Below are positions 12,381 through 26,470 of a stretch of DNA of 64,000 nucleotides, in pieces. Below the pieces are notes generated by a model. It made no database searches, was not told where the DNA came from, and was given only the letters and a program-made list of their open reading frames with translations. The DNA lies in NCBI RefSeq assembly GCF_964194155.1, contig NC_135916.1:1426001-1490000 (forward strand), in the 5' to 3' direction. The DNA is from Cetorhinus maximus. Its lineage: Eukaryota. Position 1 is the stretch's first letter. Each line of letters begins with the position of its first letter. The position numbers were made by a program, and so were the translations under genes.

Positions 12381-13391
12381 TGAAAAACGTCATTTACTCC
12401 TCCCCTCAGTCAATGTTCTCCAGCTTGAGCATCACAATGGGTCTGTGTGTAACGGGCAGAGTTTCAGGCAGGTGGACGATTCCTGTATGAAGCTCAAACT
12501 GATATAGCTCCCTGCAGCATCTTTGCTGTTCATTCACAGGTTTAGGAAATCAATCCGCCCAGTGAATCTATGTGTTTGCTGTGACCAGGCAGAAGTTAAT
12601 GTCTGGTCTTAAAAGTCACTCTTTAATATAATCAGTTTGAACCTCTCAGTCAATGAGTGTCAATTCGAACATTTTGTGTCCAAAGTTTACAGAGAGATCC
12701 AGAGGTTATGGATCTTTACATTTCGGATACTATTCACCTCAACCACTGGCATTACTTCTGTTTGTGTGATAGAAATGTGTTTGCCTCTGGCCCAGTATTA
12801 GCTGGAGCTGAATCACGTCATCTCTCACCTCTGTGGGTCTGTCAGTTTTAAATTAGTTTTCCCGATCAGGTTCAGATTCTTCGGTGTTTCAAAAAGGAAA
12901 CCTCTCAATCTTCTAAGTTCCAATGATTAAAAGTTCAACTTGTTTATGATTCCCTCATCAGTCCACAGCATCATTTCAGGAATCTAGTCAGGGAAATTCA
13001 CTGAACTATTTCAAGATAATTATATCGCTCTCTGGTTCTAAATGATGTTTGGGACAAAATTATTAATGATCATATTTGTATATTCTATTAAAATACTGAT
13101 GATATGTATGCCTCTGTCCGATGATAGATATGAGGGCCACTCATTGCTATATTGACACACGGTAGCAATAGAGAGACCGATTTCTCTGCCTCTCCCTCCC
13201 TTGCTCCTTCTATTTCCTTCACTCTTGGTCCCTCTACCCCCTATCTCGCGAATTCTGGTGCTGTGCACGTTACTAATGTTAATGATAGGTCAATACACAC
13301 TGGCAATGTGAACACACCTCCAGTGTTATGAGTCAGAATCTCAATGTTCATTCTCCTCTCGGAAATTCAGGCCTGACATTTGATCTGATTA

Positions 13392-13540
13392 CTAAATTGA
13401 TTTCAGGTGAAGAAGAGTCACACTGACTCGAAAAGTTGACTCTGTCTTTCTCTCCACAGAGGCTCTCAGACCTGCTGAGTTTTTCCAGCTATTTTTGTTT
13501 TTGGTTCAGATTTCCAACACCCACACTATTTTGCTTTAAT
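13392..13540 (+). mobile_element. Penelope pLTR fragment with decayed hammerhead
   Basis: GTGAAGA-A-GAGTCA-CAC-TGACTC-GAAA-AG-TT followed by TCTCCACAGA..CCTGCTGAGTTTTTCCAGC; absent from the paralogous sites near 3370, 40750 and 57250. Confidence 0.6.
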
Positions 13541-13808
13541 TTCATCGGATCATCTCCAATCAAAAATCGAAGCGAGCTCTGAAAAGCCCTTTCATTTTCA
13601 GGAACTTGACTTTGTGTTCATATATAACTGGCCCGCTCTGGTTGTTGAGGTAGGGGTACATTGCAAACTGTGAAATTGTGACCTGTCAGTTCAGGAGGAG
13701 CAACATAAACAGGGAAGTCTGGAGGGACCAGGAGCAGTTAATTTGTATTGTCACCAGAAATAAACATCTTGATGTGAGCTTTTCAGATAATAGCGTGAAA
13801 TCACATAT

Positions 13809-14696
13809 CACAGAATCACACAGTGCAGAAGAGGCCCTTCGGCCCATCGAGTCTGCACTGACACGTGAGAAACACCTTACCTACCTACTTAATCACATTT
13901 ACCAGCACTTGGCCCATAGGCTGGAATGTTATGATGTGCCACGTGCTCATCCAGGTACTTTTAAAAGGATGTCAGGCAACCCGCCTCCACCACCCTCCCA
14001 GGCAGTGCATTCCAGACCGTCACCACCCGCTGGGTTAAAAAAGTTATTCCTCACAGTCGCCATGAACCACCTGCCCCTCACCTTGAACTTATACCCACTT
14101 GTGACTGACCCTTCAACTAAGGGGAACACCTGCTCCCTATCCATACTGTCTATGTCCCTCATAATCTTGTACACCTCGATCAGGTCGCCCCTCAGCCCTC
14201 TCTGCTCCAACGTAATCAAGACAAGACTATCGAACCTCTTTTCATAACCTAAATGTTTCATACCAGGCAACATCCTGGTGAATTTGCTCTGCATCCTCTC
14301 CAGTGCAATCACATCCCTCCTATAATGTGGCCACCAGACTGTACTCCAGCTGTAGCCTCACCAAGGCTCTATACAACTGCTACATGACCTCCCTACTTTT
14401 GTAATCTATGCCTCGATTGATTAAGGCAAGTGTCTCATATTCCCTTCCCCCACCCCACTAACATGCCCCATCCGCCTTCAGAGATCTAGGGACACACACG
14501 ACAAGGTCCCTTTGTTCCTCAGAGCTTCCCAGTGTCATGTCGTTCATTGAATACTTCCTTGTCAAATGACTCCTTTCAAAGTGTATCACCTCACACTTTT
14601 CACGGTAAAACTCCATCTGCCTCTTATCTACCCATTTGACCATCCCGTCTATATCTTCCTGTAGCCCAACACACTCAACCTCGCTGTTAAACACCA
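13809..14696 (-). mobile_element. CR1 LINE 3' fragment inserted in H1 upstream region
   Basis: LQEDID, LEQRGLRGDLIEVYKI motifs; empty site in paralogs near 3650, 41030 and 57510. Confidence 0.88.
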
Positions 14697-14914
14697 ATCT
14701 GCGAATGAGACCATCTACGGCTCACATGCCACAGAGAGCTAAACGTTCGCTGAGTTTACAATCGACAATATTCTTCATAGGAAAGGGAGCAAAGTACGAA
14801 AAAGAGGAGGAATTCACACCTGAGAGCTTCACATTATTGACCGCTGTTCCCTGTAAACATGTAGATGTGAACATTGTGTAAGAGAGTGTTGGAACTGGGC
14901 GGGAGAGTCAGAGG

Positions 14915-15345
14915 AATGAAACTGTGTTTGTGCGTCCGTTCTGATCATGAGATTTCCGAGTTCTGCTTGCCAAAACTAAAAATATTTTCTATTCATAAGT
15001 TCACTCTTTTCCCCAGCTTGACGCCAAAGTGAGATTTAAAGACAATTTCTTTGTTGTTATCTAGATTTCAGTCGAAAAGTAGAGGACATGTCAGAGATCG
15101 GGTGAAGGAGCCGCAGTAAATCCGGTTTTAATCGAAACTCGAGTCTTCAATTCGCGTCAAATCTTTTCAACAGCAAACATTACAATGTCAGAGATAAGAA
15201 GGATTTAGTCTGGGACACTGGAGAGCCGGAATTTCCATGGAATTGGGGAGTTTGTGAGGAGAGAAAAACACAGAGAGGCAGCAGCAGCCTGGAGCTGACA
15301 GCAGCCTGTCTCCGCCCCGTCCGCTCGCTGCCTTTAAGTTGCTCA
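14915..15345 (+). promoter_or_regulatory. H1 promoter: TG box (14923-14929), H1/AC box AAACACA (15266-15272), GC box, TATA-like TTTAAG
   Basis: Motifs read directly; repeated before H1 copies 2 and 3. Confidence 0.75.
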
Positions 15346-15418
15346 GTGCCGCCACCAGCGGCTTCATTTCTGAGCCCGTTCAGATCGACAGAGACACTTT
15401 TGTGCAGAGTCCCGGAAC

Positions 15419-16135
15419 ATGACCGATACTGCAGCCGCCGAAACGGCTCCTCCAGCCGCTCCCGCCGCCCAGGTCAAGACTCCCAAGAAGAAGAAGAAGG
15501 CGGCTCCCCGGAGCAGTGCAGCCGGTCCCAAGCTGGGCGAGCAGATCCTCAAGGTTGTGGCGGATTGCAGCGATCGCAAGGGGATGTCGCTGCCCGCGAT
15601 CAAGAAGGCGCTGCGCGGCAAAGGGCTGGATGTGGAGAAACTGGGCTCCCAGATCAAGCAAAGCATCAAGAGGAATGTGAAGAATGGCTTCCTGGTTCAG
15701 GTCAAGGGCACGGGCGCCTCGGGCTCCTTCAAAGTCCCTAAGAACACAACCCCGGGGAAAGTGGGAAAGAAGGCGAAGGTAGCAGCTGGCAAGAAATCTC
15801 CAGTGAAGAAAGCGGCAGCCAAGAAGGTGACAGCAAAGAAAGCAGCGGCCAAGAAGACTCCAGTCAAGAAAGCAGCGGCCAAGAAGACTCCAGTCAAAAA
15901 AGCAACGGCCAAGAAGACTCCAGTCAAGAAAGCAGCTGCCCAGAAGTCCCCAGCGAAGAAAGCAGCGGCCAAGAAGTCCCCAGCGAAGAAAGCAGCGGCC
16001 AAGAAAACAGCCAAGAAGGCGGCAACTCCAAAAAAGCCGGTGAAAAAAGCAGCCCCCAAGAAAAAGTCTCCGGCCAAGAAGGTGACGGGCGTCAAAAAAG
16101 TGGCGATAGGGAGGGCCAAGCCCAAAGGGAGATAA
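15419..16135 (+). CDS. H1: Histone H1 (replication-dependent type), 238 aa, copy 1
   Basis: Globular domain (GMSLPAIKKAL...LVQVKGTGASGSFK) and K/A/P-rich tail; intronless; H1 box upstream; stem-loop and HDE downstream. Confidence 0.97.
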   Translation: MTDTAAAETAPPAAPAAQVKTPKKKKKAAPRSSAAGPKLGEQILKVVADCSDRKGMSLPAIKKALRGKGLDVEKLGSQIKQSIKRNVKNGFLVQVKGTGASGSFKVPKNTTPGKVGKKAKVAAGKKSPVKKAAAKKVTAKKAAAKKTPVKKAAAKKTPVKKATAKKTPVKKAAAQKSPAKKAAAKKSPAKKAAAKKTAKKAATPKKPVKKAAPKKKSPAKKVTGVKKVAIGRAKPKGR

Positions 16136-16192
16136 GCAAAGACAGGAAAGAAGGGAAACATCCCGAGCAAATTGTAAACCTCTGAACCCAAA

Positions 16193-16233
16193 GGCTCTTT
16201 TCCGAGCCACCCACATTTCACATGAAAGAGCTG
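16193..16233 (+). terminator. Histone 3' stem-loop (mismatched) and HDE of H1 copy 1
   Basis: GGCTCT-TTTC-CGAGCC-ACCCA followed by GAAAGAGCTG. Confidence 0.85.
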
Positions 16234-16892
16234 ATCCCCTGATCATTTGATCCCTGTCTCCGCGCTGGGAGCAGTTTTTAGATGGAAATGTTTCTTTATC
16301 CTTCCACTTAAATCCTATTTTCCCGCTCACTCACTGACACACAGTCCACCCGTCCCCTCCCGCACTGTGCAATAAGACACAGGGATATCCTTACAGCTCC
16401 CTATCCGGGATGTGTCCCAGTGCATTCAATGTTTATCTTTTCTTTATTCACATTTTCAGGGTGAGAGTCTGCAATGGAGTGAGCATCGCTCAAAATTCCA
16501 CCTCACAACTAAGGCCCATACCTGTTGTTGCTCTCATTCTGTTGGAAGAGATGTTAGGGAATTTCTCAATCCCTTTTGGCAGCCTTGAGGGGAGGGGTCG
16601 GGGGATAGTCTAGAGTTATGTTGGTATAGAATAGGAGAGGGAATGAAATAGATGCAAACATTTGACTCTTAAGTGCAGAATCGAGGGGGGAATATTACTG
16701 AGATGATTGGATTTAATACCTACGATTTTCAAAATAGCTGGTTTATGATGTTGAAGTATTTCAGTTACGTTTAAAGATTTCTGTTCAGCTTTCTTCAGAA
16801 TTTGATAACTAAATGTATTTCGGGCAGGCAGGAGGAGGGGCTGTCTGACAAGAGACATTGCCCTGACTGTCACTCACGCTGTCTCGCCCCGC

Positions 16893-16924
<32 letters not shown>

Positions 16925-16939
16925 CTCTCTGTAATTCTC

Positions 16940-16975
16940 CCTTTCTCAGTCAGGTCGGGGCGGGCTGTATAAAAG
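16940..16975 (+). promoter_or_regulatory. H4 promoter: site II-like CTTTCTCAGTCAGGTCG, GC box, TATAAAA
   Basis: Conserved before all four H4 copies, preceded by a (CA)n(CT)n or (CT)n tract. Confidence 0.75.
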
Positions 16976-17021
16976 CGGAACGTGAAGCAGCTCCCCACTC
17001 ATTCAGCAGCGATTTGACTGA

Positions 17022-17342
<321 letters not shown>

Positions 17343-18934
17343 ACAAATCGACCCGACTCTATAACAAAACCCAAAGGCTCTTCTAAGAGCCGCCCACAAC
17401 CTCACATTGAGAGCAGTGACCTTCCAGAGGGAAAGCGAGATGTAGTTTTATATAAACACAGCGTTTCCATCTGCGCATTTTCTATTCACAAAACTATCGT
17501 GAGTCACACAAGGTTTCATGGTTTAATTTAGTTCTGTTTTCAGAAATTCACTTCCTTTCTAACTCTCGAAGCTCGACTCCAAGCTTAGCTGACAGCTCCC
17601 AAACTAACTCCGAGTCCACAAGATAAAGGCCATCATTTATTACACTTTGATCAGGAGTAACTATTTTGAGACCCATCATTCTCGCTTCATCGCCCCATTA
17701 TCACCCTGTCTTTTTTCTTCGCCATCTGTTCCTGGGTCGTTGAGACATGACAGGGTCTGGGAGGTACCAGTATACCAGCTTTATATGGATCAGCCTGTAT
17801 CCATGCTGCATGTTGTCTGGTTCCTGGGAGCACTGAACAACTTTATTCAGGCGATCAATGAAATAACCCGAATTTAAACGGGAATGTAAGGCGAATATTG
17901 ACAGGCTGATTGAAAAATGTGACTACACTTAATCACCTCGATTTCGCATCCCAGGACGGTCGGAAGGGTGAAGTGGAAGCTCTGATTTTGCTGCATGGTT
18001 TGCACTGCGAAGATGCATTTACGCACATTGTGGAAGATAGTTCAAATATAAAAACTTAGAGGTAAACATTGTTTACATAAAGGGTGCGCAATCCGCCCAC
18101 CCACCCACATCGCCTCCCCCAGCCATAAAACACTACAAACAAGAGCCAAGCCATTCTCTCTATAACATTAATAGAGCTATAAACCGATACGGCTGATCAG
18201 GTTTATATGTGAGACACAAAATTTCGCCCATCATTAGGTGCATCATACCAGCCTGCTGTAAACCGATCAGGGAATGAATGATATTTGAATTCGTGTTCGA
18301 AAGCAGGAATTCGGACCGAAATCGACTCGCAAACATTGAGACCTTGTGATATTTGTCCATTCAGATTGATTTTATCTGCCTTCAAACTAGGTTTATTTTA
18401 ATTTCAGTTACTCGTCCCTCTGAAATTGGCGGGCATTTTGAAATTGATGAACTGTCAGTTTCTGCTCCACCAATCAGGGCCCAGAAATCCAGTCAGCCCG
18501 CTGCTCTTTTCAAATTTCTCGGCGGGATTGCGCTGCATCCAATCAGGACAGGAGTGTGAGTGCCAAAATTTCCCCCTTCAATAGTTTTATTCCGCCCTGT
18601 TGTAAAACGATCAGGGAATGAATGAGAATTTAATCCACGTTTTAATCCAAAACAGGATCTCGGAGCCTGCTTAATTGAAACCGTTATTGTTCATGAGGTT
18701 TATATGTGTCCGAAAAATGTTCGCCCATCAATAGGAGGCTTATTCCAGCCCGTTATAAACCGAGCAGGGAATGAATGAGAATTTAATCCGAGTTCCAAAG
18801 ACAGGAAGTTGTATCCGGGTGAAAAATGGGGCGCACAGACATCGAGTTTTTATGATATTTTTATATTTTGAGATTGAATTTATCTGCCTTCAAACTCGGC
18901 TTAATTCATTTCATTTTTACTTGTTCCTATGAAA

Positions 18935-19090
18935 TTGGCGGGCTTTTTGAAATTGATTAACTGTCAGTTGCTTCTCCACCAATCAGGCAACAGAGATTCT
19001 TGGCGCCCATCGCTCTATTCGAACGTTGCCAGGGGGATGTGGCGGTAGCCAATCAGGGCAAGTGGGCGTCCGGCATAAGGTCTTAAATAG
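18935..19090 (+). promoter_or_regulatory. H3 promoter: CDE/CHR-like GGCGG-n4-TTTGAA, two CCAAT boxes, TATA-like CTTAAATA
   Basis: Motifs at 18937-18951, 18979, 19049, 19082; equivalent set at 44756-44907. Confidence 0.7.
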
Positions 19091-19558
<468 letters not shown>

Positions 19559-20433
19559 AAACCCGACCCCCCAGCACCAAGTGCAACAAAGGCTCTTTTA
19601 AGAGCCACAAAGTCGGTCAGAGAAAGAGCTGCGATCTCTTAACCACCAGCACTTTAGCCTCTTTGGCCTACAAATTATTTTCCTCACTTTGTCACCGGGT
19701 AACTGTCCTTTGCTTCCTTTACTCGGTGTTTGGGATGAATTGAGATCATTTAAAAGGCAAATATTTTAATAATAAGGGAAGTTTTTCGCGAATTCTTGAG
19801 ACTGGATTTAAATAGTTGCAGCACATACTACTGATGTCTGTAACATGTAACAGTGCTAGCAGGATGCGTCTCACTCTAACCCACCCTTTCACAGATATCA
19901 TCAGGAATGTTGTCATTAGGAAGCGATAGGGATGTTCACACGTGCACTAAAACCCGGATTCACCTCCAAATGCACCAAAGAGCCACTAAGTCGGTCAGAG
20001 AAAGAGCTGCGATCTCTTGTTAAACAATCTAGCTCCTAAAACCCTCGGGCCTACAATTTATTTAAGTCCTTTAGTTAATCCGGTCTCTCCCTCTGCTGCA
20101 TTTGGGGATATGGGGTGATTCCATTTATAGTTGTTTAGCAATTCACGTCATTGAATTAGAGATGGGATGAGTTAATTATTCAATGAACGTTTCCCTGAAC
20201 ATTGTCAATTGGTCATATATAGATGCAGCACAGACTCCTGATTTCTGGAAAAAGGCAACAGCACCAGCGTCTCGTTGTAACCGGCACTTTCACAGATCGC
20301 ATTAGAAATATGTCATTCCGAATCGATAGGGATGTTATCGCGCATCCGGATAGACAACAGGTCGCCCCTTTCACTGATCAAGTGAGTGGCTCTGAAAAGA
20401 GCCTTTGGGTTCTCAGTTTAAAGAATGGTCGCT

Positions 20434-20877
<444 letters not shown>

Positions 20878-20879
20878 TC

Positions 20880-21090
20880 AGTTCTCTTATACCCTCAGGA
20901 GGAATGGTGGTGCGCTCAGAGCTGATTGGTCAATTATGTTATAGCTCATAATATTCTTCATGTTACCAATCAGATTTCTGCCTGACTCACCAATGCGGGC
21001 AAGCAACGTATGAAGTCGGAAGTTAAGGGCGCCAAATCATCAGTTAAACAAACGGTTATATATTTCAAATTTGAAATGACCGCCAAAAAA
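20880..21090 (-). promoter_or_regulatory. H2A promoter: TATAAGAG, CCAAT boxes, E2F/CHR-like element
   Basis: Motifs read directly; second copy at about 47920-48130. Confidence 0.6.
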
Positions 21091-21551
21091 TTAATCCAAG
21101 GAAATATCGCACAGAAATCGTCTTAGCTAAACAAAGGAAAATTCCTTTACAAATCGTTCTAATGCTTAACATTAAAGCAGTTCTGTTACAGAATGTTAGA
21201 AGCTTTCTCGCTCTCTTTTCCTCGATAACAGTTTACCCGAAACTGTAGGTTTCTGGTTTTGCCTGTGGACAAGAGGACAATAAAGGCGCCAATTTTCCAG
21301 AATCAAAACTTTTGTTTTATACAATTTCGTGAGTGTGAAGAGCGGATTGCACATTTTTTGGTGCAAATTTGCCTGTATTGAAACTGAGGCTTCCTACACC
21401 GCCAGGACTTATACGGAATGAATTGATCAAATCAACTCTTATAATGCTGGGGAGGGATAGCATCTTTGAGGGATCAAAGATAGACTCTGTTTGATTACAT
21501 TTATGCAACAAGGCAGGGTCTATTCTGAAGCAGCAAGCATACGTTGTATTC

Positions 21552-22222
21552 ACAGTTTTGGTCCCGTCGCTTGAGGAAGGATGTAACTCTTTCGAGTACA
21601 ATCACAGTTCTTGGTTTCCGGGAGTGGGACATGAACCCACAACCCTCTGATTCAAAGGCGAGGGTGCTATTAACTGAGCCACAGCTGACACCTTGAGGAA
21701 GGCTGTAGTTGCACTGGAGGCGGTTCGGAGGAGGTTCACTAGATTGATTCCAGAGATGCGAGGCTAGTCTAATGATGAGAGATTGAGCAGTTTAGGCCTA
21801 TAGTCGCCCGAGTTTGGAAGGATGATAGGAGATCTAATTGAGGTATATAAGATGCTAAATGGGATAGACAAAGTCGACATGGAGCGAATGTTTTCCCTCG
21901 TGGGGCATTCTAGAACGAAAGGCCATAGTTTTTGGCTAAGGGGTGGTAGATTACAATCAGAGATTAGGAGGAATTCCTGTTTTCAAAGGGCCATGAACCT
22001 GTGGAATTCACTACCTCAGAGTGCAATGGATGCCGGGGCGCTGAATAAATTTAAGGGTGAGGTGGACAGATTTTTTAATTAGTAATGGGTTGAAAGGTTA
22101 TGGGGAGAGGGCTGGAAATTGTCGTTGAGGCCAAAATGAGATCAGCCATGATCGTAATGAATGGCAGAGCAGGATCGAGGGGTTTAATTGCCTACTCCTG
22201 TTCCTTGTTCTTATGTTTTTTA
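21552..22222 (+). mobile_element. CR1 LINE 3' fragment with nested SINE head
   Basis: GDLIEVYKML motif, GTTCTTATGTT tail, 7-bp TSD TGTATTC (21545-21551, 22223-22229); empty site near 48585. Confidence 0.85.
21586..21692 (-). mobile_element. tRNA-derived SINE head nested in CR1
   Basis: Minus strand A box TGGCTCAGTTAA and B box GGTTCATGTCC; flanked by CTTGAGGAAGG(A/C)TGTA direct repeats. Confidence 0.6.
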
Positions 22223-22624
22223 TGTATTCCAGACAAAAAATAACAATTCTCTGCAGGCTATGTGATTCTGGGGTTAAGCCTACCCATCATTATCTGGTAT
22301 TTAAATGTAGCTTTCATTCACTGACACGCTTTGGTCAATAATATTGTGTTTTTCTCCCTAAATTGAAAACACCGAAATATGTTTCTGTTTTTGTTTTTAT
22401 CTCTGCAACATTCAGTTTTAAGTCAGTGTGGATTTTACCTGGTGCATGAAAATCCCTGGACATTATTTTATATTTCAGTCGACATATGTTGCTGCTAATA
22501 TCAGAGTATGTTTCTATTGTCATTTTATTCCCCACGTTATCTGTTAAATCATTCTATGGGTGCATGGAATACTTGTTTCTTCATGATATATAAATGTGAA
22601 CTTTAATCTGTAATGGCTATTATT

Positions 22625-23572
22625 CCAAAAAAAATTAGGGAAAAACAATGAATGACAGACCGATTGTCTATTATGTCATAACAGGACACTTAGACAATAT
22701 CAACGAAATTGGACAAAGACTGCATGCAGTTGTGAAAGGAAATCATCTTGGACAAACCTACTGGAACTTTTTTGGAGAGGTAACTAGCAAAATAGACAAG
22801 GGAGAATCAAATGATATGGTGCATTTGGATTTTCAGAAAGCTGTTGATATAGGCCCACAAAAGAGGTTTGTGTACTACATTGAAGTGCATTGGATGGGGG
22901 TAATATATGGGCATGGATTGAGAAAAGATTAGCAAACAGGAAACAGAGAGCAGGAATAAATCAGTCTTTTTGAGAATGGCAGGAGGTGACAAGTGATGTA
23001 GAAAAGAGATCAGTGCCTGGGCCCCAGTATTCAAAATATTCCACAATTATTTTGATGAAGGAACCAAAGGTAATATTTCGAAGATTGCTGATGACACAAA
23101 GCTAGGAGGGAATGTGAGAGATGAGGAGGAAATTAAGAGTGTTCATGGAGATTGAGAGAAGATGAGAGAGTGGACAGAAACAGGGCAGACGCTGTATAAC
23201 GTGGATAGATGTGAATTTACCCACGTTGGCAGGTAAAAAACAATGGCAGAGTTTATTTAAATAGTGATAGGTTGGGTAATTTTGATATATGAGGGTACCT
23301 CCGTGCAGCAAATGATGACCAGGCTGATTCTTGGGCTGGCAGGGTTGTTGCATGAGGAGAGATTGAAAAGTTTTGGTCTGTATTCACTCAAATTTTGTAG
23401 AATGAAAGGGAGATGTAGTTGAAATACTGACAGGGCTGGACAGACCTGGTGCAGGGATGATGTTTCCTCTGAGTGGGAAGTCTAGAACAAGTGTTCATAA
23501 TCTCTGGATAGGGGGTAGGCCATTTAGGACTGTGATGAGCAGAAACATCTTCACTCGGAGGGTGGTGAACAT
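22625..23572 (+). mobile_element. Old CR1 RT fragment
   Basis: HLDFQKA and ADDTK remnants with many stops; paralog of 49005-49985. Confidence 0.75.
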
Positions 23573-24371
23573 GTGATCAAGCTGCATTCATTTTGTTACC
23601 TCGAGTATCTTGTATTATATGTGAATGAATATATTTTCCCCTCTGTGTATCAATGAGTATCTGTGATATTTGCATGAGTTGGATTAGCTCTATATCTAAT
23701 ATATTATGCTATCCACAAAAGTGGGATTTCATTTGAATGTCTCAACATCTGGAATTAGATGTGAAGTTCAAGTTGTTATTCATATAGTCAATCAGTTTCT
23801 GTGATTCTGAATGTGACTGTGACTCAGTACTTGTCAGGTTCTGGTAAGTGATTGCTAGTGTTAGCCTGCCGACTTGATTAATGCATTGAAGAAATAGTTT
23901 TCACAAACATGCAAGGGATAAAAGTTAGGTAAAGACAAAACCTACACATGTACAATAATGGATTCATATACACAGAGCACAAATTTGAGATACACAATCA
24001 GTACAATAATTGAGATTTATGGAATTAATTCCAACACAGCTGACGGTCAGGAGGTAGACAATTAAATTTGACGTAAATAAATTCCAAAACTACATTCTGT
24101 ATCAGAGAAAGACAAATGGGAAATTAGCCCTGCACACTCCCACACAAACACTCAAACACCCGGATAATCATGCACTAACACACACAGACACACACGCAAA
24201 GCATGTGTGGCTGTTTTCCCAGAGACATTGCCCTGACTGTCACTCAGGCTGTTTCGCCCCGCCTCTCACTCTCTCTCTATCTCTCTCTCCCTTTCTCAGT
24301 CAGGTCGGGGCGGGCTGTATAAAAGCGGAACCTGAAACAGCTCCCAACTCATTCAGCAGCGATTTGACTGA

Positions 24372-24692
<321 letters not shown>

Positions 24693-26470
24693 ACAAATCG
24701 ACCCGACTCTATAACAAAACCCAAAGGCTCTTCTAAGAGCCGCCCACAACCTCACATTGAGAGCATTGACCTCAGAGCGGGAGAGGGAAAGCGATATGTA
24801 GTTTTATATAAACACAGCGTTTCCATCTGCGCATTCTCCATTCACAAAACTATCGTGAGTCACACAAGGTTTCATGGTTTAATTTTGTTCGGTTTTCGGG
24901 AATTCACTTCCTTTCTACCTCTCGAAGCTCAACTCCAAGCTAAGCTGACAGCTCCCAAACTAATACCCAGTCCACAAGATAAAGGCCATCATTTATTATA
25001 CTTTGATCAGGAGGAGCTATTTTGAGACACAACATTCTCGCTTCTTCGCACTATTTTCACCCTGTCTTTTTTTCATTACAAACTGAATCAAACAGATATG
25101 ACATACAAAACATGAGTTCCTGAGTCTCATTCACAAAGACTTTGCCGGAGTTGCAGTCTGAAGGCTACACCTTAGTTCACACAAAACCAATGAATGAAAC
25201 CTGTCTTTGATAAATGCAAAGTTTCATGTTTAAATGTGCATCAGAGCCGGGAAACAGTAATAGATTAATTTCTTGCAGAAAATCGCCGTTAAAGTGAACA
25301 CAGTTCCGAACGATTAAAATATAGGCCGCCCTTATTGTACTATATCATATTTAATTGCAAGTCCCACACTCGCTTTTAAAATCAGGAATCCATTCGTGTT
25401 TAAACTCGGACCTTTTTACAGTCCTAACAGCCGGCGGAATTTCACGTTTACCGAGTGCTGCGGTTAAGCAATATCGGCCTGAATGTACAGCTGTGATATT
25501 ATTTTAAAAATAATAAAATTACATTATAATATTGTATCCAGATTGCAGGTTATTAATTCACTCCAATTTGAAGTGGTTCCGAATGAGTATTTATCTTGTT
25601 GCACGACTCGTGTTCGGTCTGCAGATGGAGCCAGGTCACAATAACTTGCACCTTATCGTTTCAGACACACGTCGAGAAGCAACGGGCCTGATGCTGCTCT
25701 TGGAACTTGCCGAGCTCGCCTCCGCCCCCCGTTAAAGAGGCAATGGTAGTGGCCAACTCATCGCCCTCCATACTGATCGGAACAAGCTGTTATATTCTGC
25801 ACTTGCTGTTTTCTGCAATGCAATAGTGACTTTAGCTCTGAACCTCTCCGTCACTGCAATTCATTTATGCATTTTATTCTATAGCTGTCAGGGCCTGGAA
25901 GTGACTGTGAGGTGGACTTTGCTTCTGCTGCCATCAGCTTTTGACAAGCTGTAAAAATGTCAGCTTCATTCCGTGTGTATCAGTCTCTGTTGCTACACAC
26001 GAAAGGTGTTATCCTTCAGCACCTGTCAGTTTGTGGTACTGTGTATGACTTCAGGATTAATACTCTAAATTTCATTTTTGTCTACCTTGCGGTGTAGAAT
26101 TCATTTCGTTTCACAATTTCTGTTTCGGATTGAGAAATTGTGTATTTCATTATGTCCTGTCGCTATCCGTGTACTGTGATCGAGCTAATTTTGCACTAAG
26201 CAGTAATCTTGTATTATAGGTGGATTTAATTGTACCTCTGTGTATCGCTAAGTATCTCTTATGTACTCAAGACTGGGATTAATTCTATGCCCTGGTGCAA
26301 TCAGTGAGAGTGAATTCCATCTGAATCTGTCAATATCTGGAAATAAATGTGAGGTTCAAAGAGATACTGATTGATTCAACAACTTTGAGTGAGAGTTGTT
26401 TTGTGTTCGTCAATCTGTGGCATGTTATGTGACTGGGTTTCCTCTGTGTCTTTTTGACTGTTTTTCCTTT

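Noticed and set aside
15380-16330. Long antisense and alternate-frame ORFs over H1, H4, H3 and H2A
   Set aside because: Shadow ORFs from GC-rich, repetitive histone codons; no independent features
21615-21692. tRNA gene candidates here and at 10437 and 36949
   Set aside because: Degenerate boxes, no full cloverleaf, SINE context
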